Below are positions 19,107-28,447 of a stretch of 36,672 nt of DNA, piece after piece. Source of the stretch: a virus. Taxonomy: Duplodnaviria; Caudoviricetes. Under the pieces are notes generated by a model, which had not been told where the DNA came from, ran no database searches, and saw only the letters and a program-made list of their open reading frames with translations. The DNA is taken from the IMG/VR virus record IMGVR_UViG_3300030376_003444, positions 1-36,672 of that record. One strand, given 5' to 3'. The position numbers and the translations under genes are program-made. Numbering within the stretch: the stretch's first letter is position 1; each line of letters begins with the position of its first letter.

Positions 19107-19834
19107 AAATTTGTTCTAGATAACCGTTTTTCTACCATAGCATGGAATGTTTTATCCCCTGCTTTATATCTTGGGTCTTTCATGTCCTGCATCATTTCGT
19201 AGTTAGACCCATATCCTCCTACATTCTGCGGTTTACCTCCTTGTATTAAGTTAGGCTCTGAAGTTTGACTAGCTCCTCCTGCAGAGACAAATTGAGCATA
19301 CATTCCTTTTATAGCCATCTTACCTAACGAGACGTTGTCACCTTGGACAGCTTCGTTAAACGTATCGATGTCTTCTTGGTCAAGGTTCTCAGTCATCCAA
19401 GCTGCCATTTGGTCGTATTGTTCTTGCCCTCCTGCCACACCAAACAATTCTTGTTCCTCTTGTGACTGTAGAAGTTGTTGTCCTTGTATGTAATTATCTA
19501 CAAGTTCTTTAGACAACCCTTTATCTGCAAGAGCTTTGTAAGTGTCTTCACTTAAGCCGCCTTGTTCAGCGTATTCATTACCGTACTTTTGAAAATCAGC
19601 ATCCGTAAGGAGGCCTTTCTCTTCCGCTTGCCTTGAAGAGAATTCCTTTTCAAGACTACTGTAGGCTCTGGCAAGTTCTTCAGGGCTACTGAATTTTTCT
19701 TGGAGCCACTCAGGGCGATCTGTTTGCTCTTGTAGTTCTTCTTGAACGGTTTCTTGTGCTTCAGATGGTTGCTCAATAGTCTCTTGAGGTGCATCTGGTC
19801 CTGTTTCTTGGTCGGTGATTGTTACTCTCTCCAT
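19103..19834 (-). CDS. Capsid scaffolding protein, gp9-like
   Basis: Acidic; RPEWLQEKFSSPEELARAYSSLEK, AGGQEQY...W, DMKDPRY motifs. Confidence 0.92.
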   Translation of the reverse strand: MERVTITDQETGPDAPQETIEQPSEAQETVQEELQEQTDRPEWLQEKFSSPEELARAYSSLEKEFSSRQAEEKGLLTDADFQKYGNEYAEQGGLSEDTYKALADKGLSKELVDNYIQGQQLLQSQEEQELFGVAGGQEQYDQMAAWMTENLDQEDIDTFNEAVQGDNVSLGKMAIKGMYAQFVSAGGASQTSEPNLIQGGKPQNVGGYGSNYEMMQDMKDPRYKAGDKTFHAMVEKRLSRTNL

Positions 19835-19837
19835 AAA

Positions 19838-20119
19838 TTATTTCTTTTTCTTGCCTTGAATTATCCGTTTCTGCTCCTCTTTACTTTTGAAGGGCAGGGT
19901 AGCTGCATCTGCAATCGATTTAATATATCTTTTGTGGCCTTTTATGACGTTTGACGGGGACATGTGATTCACTGCTCTCTTTATTTCTTTTTTTACATTA
20001 CCCTTTACGTCATATGCTGAGAGGTATTTGTCATAAACTTTACCTTCCTTACGTAATCCTTTTTGTTTTTGTACAAGTAAAGCCCTACGTCTAGCTCTTT
20101 GTTTTTCTTTAGTAGCCAT
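19838..20119 (-). CDS. Hypothetical highly basic protein
   Basis: 93 aa K/R-rich ORF tightly packed between its neighbours. Confidence 0.7.
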   Translation of the reverse strand: MATKEKQRARRRALLVQKQKGLRKEGKVYDKYLSAYDVKGNVKKEIKRAVNHMSPSNVIKGHKRYIKSIADAATLPFKSKEEQKRIIQGKKKK

Positions 20120-20120
20120 T

Positions 20121-20375
20121 TTATCTGTAATATTTGTTATGTTTTTTTCTTACAGGTGCAACTTTTTTACCAGCTTCATTTTTAAGGTGTTCTCTTATAG
20201 CTTGCTTCCTGCTTGGAGGGACTTTTAAAGCTTGTTTACGTTGAGACTCTTCAGCGTCTGCTTGAGCAGCAGCCATGTATTCTCTTCTGCGTTTCTGAGA
20301 CCATCCTTCCATTTCTTTTTTAGAAATTGTTCTAGGGTCTCTCTTGTAATCATTGTACGGTTTATTTGCTGGCAT
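20121..20375 (-). CDS. Hypothetical basic protein (MPANKPY...)
   Basis: ATG at 20375, 1 nt after the upstream micro-ORF stop, preferred over the TTG at 20420; 84 aa. Confidence 0.65.
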   Translation of the reverse strand: MPANKPYNDYKRDPRTISKKEMEGWSQKRRREYMAAAQADAEESQRKQALKVPPSRKQAIREHLKNEAGKKVAPVRKKHNKYYR

Positions 20376-20376
20376 C

Positions 20377-20454
20377 TTATTTAGATTTTTTTTTACAACC
20401 CCCTGTGCAGGTGTCCTCAAAACAGTCTTTGTTAGTACACATTAAGTATCCCAT
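20377..20454 (-). CDS. 25-aa four-cysteine micro-ORF MGYLMCTNKDCFEDTCTGGCKKKSK
   Basis: TAATG overlap with the portal stop; ends 1 nt before the next ATG. Confidence 0.55.
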   Translation of the reverse strand: MGYLMCTNKDCFEDTCTGGCKKKSK

Positions 20455-22040
20455 TATTGTTGCATTTGTTGAGCTTGTTCAGCCATTGCTGCTAATTGTT
20501 CTGGATTTTCACTGGCCATTTTTCCTGCAGCATTAGCAACATTAGGAGCCACTTGTGACATCATCTGTTGTTGTTGTGCAAGTTGTTGTTCTTGTTGAAT
20601 TTCTTCCTCTGATCGAATCAATCCTTCAACATCAATACCTAAGGAAGTAGCCCTTCTCTTAAGATAATCACCCATGTTTACATACGTAGCAAACTGATCT
20701 CCTAATAACTGGCTTGCTCCTGCTATGAATGAATCCAATTTGTTAAGGTCGTGACCTCTACCTAATGCCTCAAGCCCTGTTACAATGGTTGTTTTAACGA
20801 TTTTCTTGGGTAACTTAGGAAGACGCCCCGCCTTGGCCATTCTGTCCATCAACCTGTTTACGAGTGGCATTTGGAATTCTTGTGATAATATAGAGTAAAC
20901 ACCTCCTAATACATCTTCAAGTTCCTGTGCCATAAAGCGAATTTCTTCTGCTGTAACTCGTTCACCTTGTCTTTGAATGGCAGTGTTCATCAAGAAAGCA
21001 AACCCAAGTCGTTCTTTAATTTGAGTTATAGTTTCTTGAGCCACCCTGAGGTCGGCAAATTTTTCCACCTGAAGGACTGTGACATCCTGTGCGTTTCCCT
21101 GAACGATAGCACCGTTAGGGCTATTAGCCAAAATGCGTGGTCGTGTGGTTCCATTTGGGTTGCATAAAAATAATACTTTAGCAGAAGCAGCACTAGCTTC
21201 AACGATAGCTTGGGTAAGTCCTTCTAAAGATTGTAAGTCTCCCATGTACTCTTCAATGAATCCTCTTCCGTAGTCTTCATTCTCAAGGCGACTATACCTA
21301 AGGGGTATCCACGGATTTTTATCTGCAGGATATTCCCCTTCAGCTTCAGGTATGTTTATGTCGGCAACTTCCTGTCTTACCACCCATTTTTTCCCTTGCC
21401 TGTAAATTCCTGTGTAGACATCAACGGTCTTTTTGTTTCCTGCTGCTGGACTAGAGAAGTCTATCTCCTGTACATGTTCTTTTATGGACTCAGGAATGGT
21501 GTCTACAGATAAAGATTCTTTGACGATGATCTCTTGTATGTTGCCCATTGGATCACGGTGAGTGACATAACGATCCAGATTAAACACACGTAACCCTCCT
21601 TTGTCAGGGACGTACAGCAGAACATTGCCTGTTACAATTAATTGTTTAAGAGCTTCAAAGACTCCAACACGTACAGCACTTGTTTCTACCTCAGATTGTA
21701 CTGCTCGTTCTACTTCTGCTAGTGCTTTTTCTAATTCAGTTTTAAGAGTGTTATCGGCTTGGCCTTGGCTGGCACTCTCAAGCTCATATTTATCTATGAT
21801 TAGCCTAAAGAATGGAGAATTAGGAGGCAAGAGAGCTAACAACAACTTAGATGCTAGATTGTTTACTCCTCTGGCTCCTATAGATTGGAACGGTTGAGTG
21901 TATGTAGTAGCAGGTCCGTTGCTATCAGGAGGGACTAAGTAAGGAATCGTCAGCTTGGCTGCATCCCTAGCCCTTTGCAGGTAGGAATCCCTGTCAGCCT
22001 CACAACTTTGGTAGTAGCTTTTAAGGGAACCTGTGTGCAT
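20454..22040 (-). CDS. Portal (head-tail connector), gp8-like
   Basis: QSIGARGVNNLASKLLLAL, YGRGFIEEY, ERVTAEEIR, TGLEALGRG motifs; 528 aa. Confidence 0.97.
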   Translation of the reverse strand: MHTGSLKSYYQSCEADRDSYLQRARDAAKLTIPYLVPPDSNGPATTYTQPFQSIGARGVNNLASKLLLALLPPNSPFFRLIIDKYELESASQGQADNTLKTELEKALAEVERAVQSEVETSAVRVGVFEALKQLIVTGNVLLYVPDKGGLRVFNLDRYVTHRDPMGNIQEIIVKESLSVDTIPESIKEHVQEIDFSSPAAGNKKTVDVYTGIYRQGKKWVVRQEVADINIPEAEGEYPADKNPWIPLRYSRLENEDYGRGFIEEYMGDLQSLEGLTQAIVEASAASAKVLFLCNPNGTTRPRILANSPNGAIVQGNAQDVTVLQVEKFADLRVAQETITQIKERLGFAFLMNTAIQRQGERVTAEEIRFMAQELEDVLGGVYSILSQEFQMPLVNRLMDRMAKAGRLPKLPKKIVKTTIVTGLEALGRGHDLNKLDSFIAGASQLLGDQFATYVNMGDYLKRRATSLGIDVEGLIRSEEEIQQEQQLAQQQQMMSQVAPNVANAAGKMASENPEQLAAMAEQAQQMQQ

Positions 22041-22273
22041 CAGCTATATACTCCTACTCCACCTGTGTTTGTATTATTACTCCCAGAGGTAGGGTTTTGA
22101 TTGTTACGTATTACAAGAGAATCTCTTGATGATCCTCTTCTCCTCTTAGATTTCCCTTTTCCTACTGTAGCTGAAGGTTTTCGTGTGACTTCGGCTGCTT
22201 TAGCTGGAGATTTAGGAGCCAACATAGGAGCAGGAGGCTTTATTATTTTAGGTGTTGGTGCTGATAGACACAT
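22040..22273 (-). CDS. Small virion protein, gp6.7/gp7.3-like
   Basis: MCLSAPTPK start, Pro/Lys-rich, basic RRRG..SL.I motif; directly before portal. Confidence 0.65.
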   Translation of the reverse strand: MCLSAPTPKIIKPPAPMLAPKSPAKAAEVTRKPSATVGKGKSKRRRGSSRDSLVIRNNQNPTSGSNNTNTGGVGVYS

Positions 22274-22463
22274 CTCTTAGTTCCTCATGTATACTTATTA
22301 ACGTTTTTACAACGGACAACTGGCCCTGTTTATACCTTATGATGTTGATTTCTTCATCATCTGGCATTTTATCTGGAAAAGCTGACCTCAACCAAAGGAT
22401 AAGCTCCTCTGATACAGGAGGCAACTTTTCATTAGCATAATTAATGGGAAGGTCAAGAGGCAT
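22248..22463 (-). CDS. Conserved small phage protein
   Basis: P.VSEELI.WL...FPDK.P...GQ.SVV..L pattern that I recall at this position in T7-like phages. Confidence 0.6.
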   Translation of the reverse strand: MPLDLPINYANEKLPPVSEELILWLRSAFPDKMPDDEEINIIRYKQGQLSVVKTLISIHEELRDVSISTNT

Positions 22464-23007
22464 TTTTTAATATGTTTAAAGTTTCTAACATCTGACTGAC
22501 AGATCGTGTAAGTTCTTCTTTGGTTTTGTCGTTGTTCAGAATGTAGTCATAATCCCCGTAGTTGTTAAGGTCATTTTCAGAAGAATGTACATCAAATGGT
22601 TCAGGATACCCTGATTCTCTGCGTTCTACTTTGACAAGTGTTCCTCCAATTTCCTTGATATAACTGACTTCGTTTTTAAATCTGCAATCAGTAATAAAAA
22701 GCACATCATAATGGTCTGCTGATTGTTCAACGATAGGCCTCATCTTGTTAATCCAATAGTCAGAGCCATTGAATGCTCTCCTAAAGTCTGCTCCCCACAC
22801 TTGCAGAAGACTACGTAATTCGTCCTTATGCTTTTCTATAAACTCTAAAGTGAACCCAGTAATTTCTGAGACTTCATGTTTAAGTGGGTCTGCAAAAGCA
22901 ACACGCCCTGCTTTAGCTTTGTAGTGCTTCTTTAAGTACTCTCCAGCTAGTCGGTAGACCGTGTCTTTTCCTGATTTTTTCTTTCCTGACAATCCTATTA
23001 TTTTCAT
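22453..23007 (-). CDS. Deoxynucleoside monophosphate kinase
   Basis: IIGLSGKKKSGKDT P-loop, FADPLK, ITDCRFKNE, HSSE motifs. Confidence 0.9.
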   Translation of the reverse strand: MKIIGLSGKKKSGKDTVYRLAGEYLKKHYKAKAGRVAFADPLKHEVSEITGFTLEFIEKHKDELRSLLQVWGADFRRAFNGSDYWINKMRPIVEQSADHYDVLFITDCRFKNEVSYIKEIGGTLVKVERRESGYPEPFDVHSSENDLNNYGDYDYILNNDKTKEELTRSVSQMLETLNILKNAS

Positions 23008-23747
23008 GGTTTCCAGTATTCTATTTTTTTGGTTACGGGATTGTAATTTTCTACCCGTAAAATTCTAGCTAACCTAGCTTGCACCAGTGCTTCTTCACTA
23101 GATTGTCCTTGTGTAGTGTATGCATCTACAACAGCATCCCATGTAGCGTCTGCATCTAATATACGTTTGGCTCTTGTAGGTCCTATAGTAGGGCATCCTA
23201 AATACCCATCAGTGCTGTCCCCGATAAGTGTCTGGTACAAGTGAAATCTGTCTGCTGATTCTTTTGATATTTTTTTAATACCTTCTTCAGCTTTGTTAGG
23301 GTTCCATAATTCACATGGAATTGTTCGCATGTCTTTGTCTGAGCTTACGATTATTTTACGTGTGCCTTTACAGAACTCAGGATCAGTAGCCCAAACTCCT
23401 AACAAATCGTCAGCTTCTAGTGGCTCTACTAATTCTGCGTCCCATTCTTTAAATAGGTGTTTACGTAAAGGGACAAGACCCATTGGTTTTCTAGATGATT
23501 TTCTACTGTGCTTGTAGGTCGGATCAATATCTCTTCTGAAATTTTCTTTACCTGATAAGGCTATGACGATCTTAGTAGCTTTCAGATTTTTGACTAGAGC
23601 TTGTATGTCAGCATCCATTTGTTGTGTAGCTTGACGTACATCAGTCCACAGGCTCCATATGTCATCGCCCCAATCCGTAGCTACTTCAGAACCTGATGCA
23701 TGTTTGTAGGCTACGATATCTCCATCTAGTAATATTGTTGTATTCAT
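23004..23747 (-). CDS. 5'-3' exonuclease, gp6-like
   Basis: LLDGD, LEADD, SSDKD, GDSTDGY.G motifs; ATG at 23747 overlaps the upstream stop (ATGA-type spacing). Confidence 0.93.
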   Translation of the reverse strand: MNTTILLDGDIVAYKHASGSEVATDWGDDIWSLWTDVRQATQQMDADIQALVKNLKATKIVIALSGKENFRRDIDPTYKHSRKSSRKPMGLVPLRKHLFKEWDAELVEPLEADDLLGVWATDPEFCKGTRKIIVSSDKDMRTIPCELWNPNKAEEGIKKISKESADRFHLYQTLIGDSTDGYLGCPTIGPTRAKRILDADATWDAVVDAYTTQGQSSEEALVQARLARILRVENYNPVTKKIEYWKP

Positions 23748-24073
23748 GTAAGTTGACGAGCTAACCATTCAAAAACTTTTGGATTGTGTTTCCACACTGT
23801 AGTTAATCCTGTGGCTAGTCGTGTTGTCGCTTGTTCTTCTGTACTGCTATCTGTTATGTCCATCACATGATTAATACAATGGATTAGCTCATGCAGAAAA
23901 GTGTCAGCGGTAGTTTCTTTAGGATATCCTTTTGCAATTTGTATGACACATTTATCTACATCAGCCATGCCATGTGAATCACAAGAGTCTACCCACTCAA
24001 CCTTGAAAGTTTGGTTAAGGATAAGTATTTTAGTGGGCCTCTTTAAGTATTTTGTAATTCTCTTTGTACTCAT
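23744..24073 (-). CDS. Small zincin-like (HExxH) protein
   Basis: TFLHELIHC motif followed by EEQ; 109 aa. Confidence 0.7.
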   Translation of the reverse strand: MSTKRITKYLKRPTKILILNQTFKVEWVDSCDSHGMADVDKCVIQIAKGYPKETTADTFLHELIHCINHVMDITDSSTEEQATTRLATGLTTVWKHNPKVFEWLARQLT

Positions 24074-24452
24074 CGAACTTAGAGGTTTTTCCTACAGGAA
24101 CGTTAATCGTGTATTTGTGTCGAACTGTTTTACAAGGGAAGAAATACAATGTATCCGTAGGGTATACATACAAGGCAAGAACTGAATAGTTGCCTAAAGT
24201 GCTTTTTGTTTTTGCCCTGTAGTAAGTCTCACGCCCTCTGTGTTGTTGAGCTTTGGTAGTACTCTTCACTTGTATCCTGTTAAAAATTCCGTTGTAGTCA
24301 GACATCAGATCATAGCCTGTAGTGTTCTTAGGTTCAGATATAATAAAACCTTTAGCCATTAATTTAGCTGCTACTATAGTTTCTGCTGTTTCTCCTATAG
24401 CTAATTCATCAGTGCGTCTCAGCCCAGTTATGTCCCACTTTAGATTCTCCAT
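24030..24452 (-). CDS. PD-(D/E)XK endonuclease-like protein
   Basis: GETAE...YDL...RIQVKS motif; start placed at MENLKW (24452), uncertain. Confidence 0.75.
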   Translation of the reverse strand: MENLKWDITGLRRTDELAIGETAETIVAAKLMAKGFIISEPKNTTGYDLMSDYNGIFNRIQVKSTTKAQQHRGRETYYRAKTKSTLGNYSVLALYVYPTDTLYFFPCKTVRHKYTINVPVGKTSKFDEYKENYKILKEAH

Positions 24453-26247
24453 CAAGGGGACATCTGAACCCAAGTGTGGCCCCTGCCTGTTTAATAGCAC
24501 TGACTGCCTCAGAAGCCACAAGTTTACTCCACTCAGGTGCTGCTTCGCATTGATATTCGTCATGCACATGTGCCACTATTCCCCAATCTTTACCGTGAAC
24601 TAGACCCTTTTGGGTAAGGTTGTTATAGAGATGGACTGTGGCCTGCTTCATGATTACGGCCCCTGCCGATTGGAGTAATGTGTTTAATGCAGCATGCTCA
24701 CTCCGTATGAAAAGATGCCTTCCATCCAATCCCTTTAGATAGTTTCTAGTCTCAAGTGCATTGCTTATACAAGTCTTTAATTGTCCTAACGCAGGCAAAC
24801 TCCTTAAAAATTTTTCCTTAATTTTCTTACCAGCACCTCTTCCTTTACCTATAACTTCCCCAATCTTGGCGTCACCTGCTCCATACAAAAATGCATATAT
24901 AAATCGTTTGGCTGCGTCCCGTGATGGGAGTCCTGCTGCCGCCTGATTAACAGTGTGTATGTCTTCCTCTAGGAGTTTGTGAGTGTAATCTCCGTCATCG
25001 TAAGGAGCTAAATAGTGTGCTAAACATCTGAGTTCTAAACCAGCAGCATCACAACCTACTAGTTCCATTCCTTCAGATGCTTTAAACAAAGATCGGCACT
25101 CTTCTCCATAAGGTGACCCCACGCGAGGCACTTGAGCCACGTTAGGATTACTGTGTGTGCATCGTCCTGTGACTGCCCCGTTAGTGTTCACCCTTCCATG
25201 CATCCTCCCTTCTTTTTCTAGCTTCAGCCATGCTTGCTGGCCCTCTGCAAGTTGACCCATTCGTTTGACTAACAGTAAATATTCATTGAGTAATTCTACT
25301 GACTGTTGGTTGGTCTCCAGTTTCACCTTAGAGAGTATTCCCTCATCAATCTTAGGCTTACCCTGCTCAGTGAAATCAGAAGGTTTCCATCCCAATCTCT
25401 GTAGCCTGTCACCTATGTGATCACGACTGGCTGGGTTAAAAGGAACCAGCTTAAGTTTCACAGGCCCTTTTGCTATGTCCTTATCCTTATGACCTGCTTC
25501 TTTTGCTGACTTCTTAGTAGGCCAAAGGTGACCGTCAGGTGTACGATACAGGTGAGACTTCATAGGTATCTTATCATCAGGAAAGATCACCTTAAGTTCT
25601 TCTAGTAGCTCCAGTTTGCGGGATGATAGTTCTACATATAGCTTACGTGCCTTGTTGATATCGAATGAAAATCCATGATGCTCCATGCGGTGGATGCACC
25701 ATGCAAATTCATGTTCCAGTTCAATACACTTCTCTTCCCAACCTTGGTCCATCAAAGATTGATACAGCTTGTGAGTGACGATGGTATCCTGCTTACAGTA
25801 ATCCAACATTTCACTTTTGTAGACATCGAATCCTTCTTCCTCTCCGAACTCCCCTTTGTGTTCACCTAACCTATAGCCCCAAGCTTTAAGGCCGTGGGAG
25901 CCTTGAAGTCTTAGTGGCATGTAGTTCTTGTTCTTAACTAGGCGTTCACGATCAACATCGCCTATGTTTGTGTGCATCAAACGACTCAACACTAGAGTGT
26001 CTGTAATCTTTGGAAGTCTGCTGTATTCAGCAAGCCCTAGTTTAACTAGAGCGGGTATATCGAATCCTATAATATTGTGTCCGATAATCTCATCATACTG
26101 CAACAACATCCTTACCCCATCTTTAGCATCCTCTGGATCAAACCTGTGGATGTCACCTGATTCGACATCAATCAACACGATGCACCATAGCGTAGTGCAG
26201 GTGTCTAAGAGACCGTCAGTTTCTATATCAAAAATCGCTCTCTTCAT
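24409..26247 (-). CDS. Family A DNA polymerase, gp5-like
   Basis: Exo motifs FDIETDG, GHNIIGFD, YCKQD; pol motifs DAAGLELR, RDAAKRFIYAFLYG, HVHDE; ends GHNWAETH. Confidence 0.97.
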   Translation of the reverse strand: MKRAIFDIETDGLLDTCTTLWCIVLIDVESGDIHRFDPEDAKDGVRMLLQYDEIIGHNIIGFDIPALVKLGLAEYSRLPKITDTLVLSRLMHTNIGDVDRERLVKNKNYMPLRLQGSHGLKAWGYRLGEHKGEFGEEEGFDVYKSEMLDYCKQDTIVTHKLYQSLMDQGWEEKCIELEHEFAWCIHRMEHHGFSFDINKARKLYVELSSRKLELLEELKVIFPDDKIPMKSHLYRTPDGHLWPTKKSAKEAGHKDKDIAKGPVKLKLVPFNPASRDHIGDRLQRLGWKPSDFTEQGKPKIDEGILSKVKLETNQQSVELLNEYLLLVKRMGQLAEGQQAWLKLEKEGRMHGRVNTNGAVTGRCTHSNPNVAQVPRVGSPYGEECRSLFKASEGMELVGCDAAGLELRCLAHYLAPYDDGDYTHKLLEEDIHTVNQAAAGLPSRDAAKRFIYAFLYGAGDAKIGEVIGKGRGAGKKIKEKFLRSLPALGQLKTCISNALETRNYLKGLDGRHLFIRSEHAALNTLLQSAGAVIMKQATVHLYNNLTQKGLVHGKDWGIVAHVHDEYQCEAAPEWSKLVASEAVSAIKQAGATLGFRCPLDGESKVGHNWAETH

Positions 26248-27859
26248 CTCCGTCTTCTTCAGGGGCTGCACCTTCAATCAATCGTCCTGTATCCTTGTTG
26301 AACTCAAGGTAACATCCAATTCCGTTCTGACCTGACCAGCGATTCTTAAGAACCCTGACTGTAGTCCTGTGACCATTTTCGACATCTTGTTGATCACGTT
26401 CTAGACCAATCACCATGTCAGAGAGTTGAGCTATAGAAGCACTGCCTCTAAGTTGTGCTAGTGTAGTCCTCGCCCCCTCTTCATGTCCTTTTCCTTCAGG
26501 TCTCTTCAAATGACTTACGAGTACAAGACCAAAGCGTAGCTCCTCAACGAGGCTCCTTAGTTTGGTCATGGTGTTGTCAATCATTCGACGTTCATCTCCT
26601 CCCTCCATACCTGATACAACAATAGAGATATGATCGAGGAAAATTATTTTGCAACCAACTGAGGTTACTAAATATCTTATTTTTGATAATAAATTATCTT
26701 CTGATAAGGACCCCCAATGATCATATGTGAAGTAATTGCCTGAACCCACGGTCGCATCAAACGCTTCTTTCAGTTCCCCTTCTGATGCCTCTTTAGGGTT
26801 CAGGTAAATTGGTTTATTTAAGTGCAATCCCATCAATCCTAAAGCAGTACGTTTGGTTGACTCTTCCAGAGCTATGTAACCGACAGACTGTTGGGATGAT
26901 AGTAAATGATATGCGACCTCTTTACATATGGCACTCTTGCCTATACCAGAGCCAGCACATAGTGTAACAATCTCCCCCTCACGTAATCCGTGAGTCATCT
27001 CGTTCAAACCACTCCAAGGATACTGATGCGATATGCTGGTCTCCTCCTTGTTGATTGCTTCCCAAAGTTCAGTCCCACTTACAATTCCATCAGGCCTCCA
27101 AGCTTTAGCTTCCCACATGGCACTGATAAGTTCCTTGCCTCTTCTTTGTTGGAGCATTTCATTGGCATCCTTTAATGAAAGAGTAGCTACCTTTGCTTTA
27201 CCTACTGAAAGAATTTGAGAACAATCATTAGCAGCTTTCTGTCCGACTTTATCTTGGTCGAACATGATCACCACATTCTCAAACTTTTCTAGCCACTCTA
27301 GGTTTTCCTTGAATGCTTTTACTGCACCAGCAGCACCATTAGGTACAGACACAACAGGCCACTTGTTTTCCAACAACTGGGATACGCTCATTGCGTCTAT
27401 CTCGCCTTCAGTGACAACGACTTGCTTGTTGCCTGTTGATCGGTTCCACAACCATTGGCCATACAACGGTAGTTTTCCCGTTCCTAATATTCTGAAGTCT
27501 TTGTCTTGAAACCTGACCTTACTTATTCGGTCACCTTCGTCGGTCCTGTAGTTCGCAATCTGAACAGGCCTTCCGTTATACTCACCTACTTCATATTCCC
27601 AGAAGCGACAGGTATCTTCAGTTAGCTGCCGTTTGGCAAGTGCTGAATATCTGACGTTGGTTAATGATGTATGCTGTGTGAACTCCTCAGTGGGCTTAGG
27701 TGTTGCCGCATCTGAGTCGTAATTTTTGTGGAATTTATTACAGCTAAAACAATAGCCATGTCCATCATCGTAAACCCCAACAGCATCACTGCTGCCGCAA
27801 CTGGAACAGGGGCCATGTTTAACCAGTTGGCTTTCACTTTTTTCGTTTTCGGTAGTCAC
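26228..27859 (-). CDS. Primase-helicase, gp4-like
   Basis: Zn ribbon CSSC...CFSC, TOPRIM TEGEID and FDQD, Walker A AGSGIGKS, LDHISI, LRGSASIAQLSD, acidic tail ending in F. Confidence 0.97.
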   Translation of the reverse strand: MTTENEKSESQLVKHGPCSSCGSSDAVGVYDDGHGYCFSCNKFHKNYDSDAATPKPTEEFTQHTSLTNVRYSALAKRQLTEDTCRFWEYEVGEYNGRPVQIANYRTDEGDRISKVRFQDKDFRILGTGKLPLYGQWLWNRSTGNKQVVVTEGEIDAMSVSQLLENKWPVVSVPNGAAGAVKAFKENLEWLEKFENVVIMFDQDKVGQKAANDCSQILSVGKAKVATLSLKDANEMLQQRRGKELISAMWEAKAWRPDGIVSGTELWEAINKEETSISHQYPWSGLNEMTHGLREGEIVTLCAGSGIGKSAICKEVAYHLLSSQQSVGYIALEESTKRTALGLMGLHLNKPIYLNPKEASEGELKEAFDATVGSGNYFTYDHWGSLSEDNLLSKIRYLVTSVGCKIIFLDHISIVVSGMEGGDERRMIDNTMTKLRSLVEELRFGLVLVSHLKRPEGKGHEEGARTTLAQLRGSASIAQLSDMVIGLERDQQDVENGHRTTVRVLKNRWSGQNGIGCYLEFNKDTGRLIEGAAPEEDGDEESDF

Positions 27860-28055
27860 TTGTTATCTCTTCTATTTGTCCATCAAATTGGACGGTTCCT
27901 AATATTTCTCTTTCTTTATTTGACAGGCGTATCCATGTGATTTTGCCTGCCACTCCTTCTAATGTGTCGAGATCAGCTATCTGGACGGTTGCCTTCTTGC
28001 CTGTAGGGGTCACAAGCACCGCATGGGTTGCCTTGTGGGGCCTTATGATAACCAT
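27834..28055 (-). CDS. Hypothetical protein
   Basis: 73-aa ORF overlapping both neighbours, at the position T7 uses for lysozyme gp3.5; no amidase motifs. Confidence 0.6.
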   Translation of the reverse strand: MVIIRPHKATHAVLVTPTGKKATVQIADLDTLEGVAGKITWIRLSNKEREILGTVQFDGQIEEITSDYRKRKK

Positions 28056-28411
28056 GAGCTAGGAATCTTTTTACCAGAGTACAGGAACCCATGTCTTTCG
28101 CACCATTGCCCATAAGTTGTCTTACTTTTTTTCGACAACTTGGCATTAGGATTTTGAAAGACAAATCGGATGTCAATGTCTGGGTGTTGCTGTTTAATAA
28201 GCAGATGCTTTGCTCGATCTTGTGGCAAGAATCTCCCCTTCGTTTCAATGAAATAACCTAAGTCATCCAAATAAAAGTCAGGGAGATAATGATGCAGCTT
28301 GTGATACGGTATCCGTTGGGATTCGAAAGAAAATGGGACGCCTTGAGTCTCCAAAAGACGTCCCATCCCCCGTTCCAAACCACTACGGTATGTATTTGTG
28401 TTGTGCTGCAT
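28043..28411 (-). CDS. Endonuclease I (Holliday junction resolvase), gp3-like
   Basis: YRSGLE, YLPDF, IETKGRF, DRAKHLLIK, DIRFVF motifs. Confidence 0.95.
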   Translation of the reverse strand: MQHNTNTYRSGLERGMGRLLETQGVPFSFESQRIPYHKLHHYLPDFYLDDLGYFIETKGRFLPQDRAKHLLIKQQHPDIDIRFVFQNPNAKLSKKSKTTYGQWCERHGFLYSGKKIPSSWLS

Positions 28412-28447
28412 TTCTGTACACGCCTGAAGCTGGTTTCTCGACTACCA

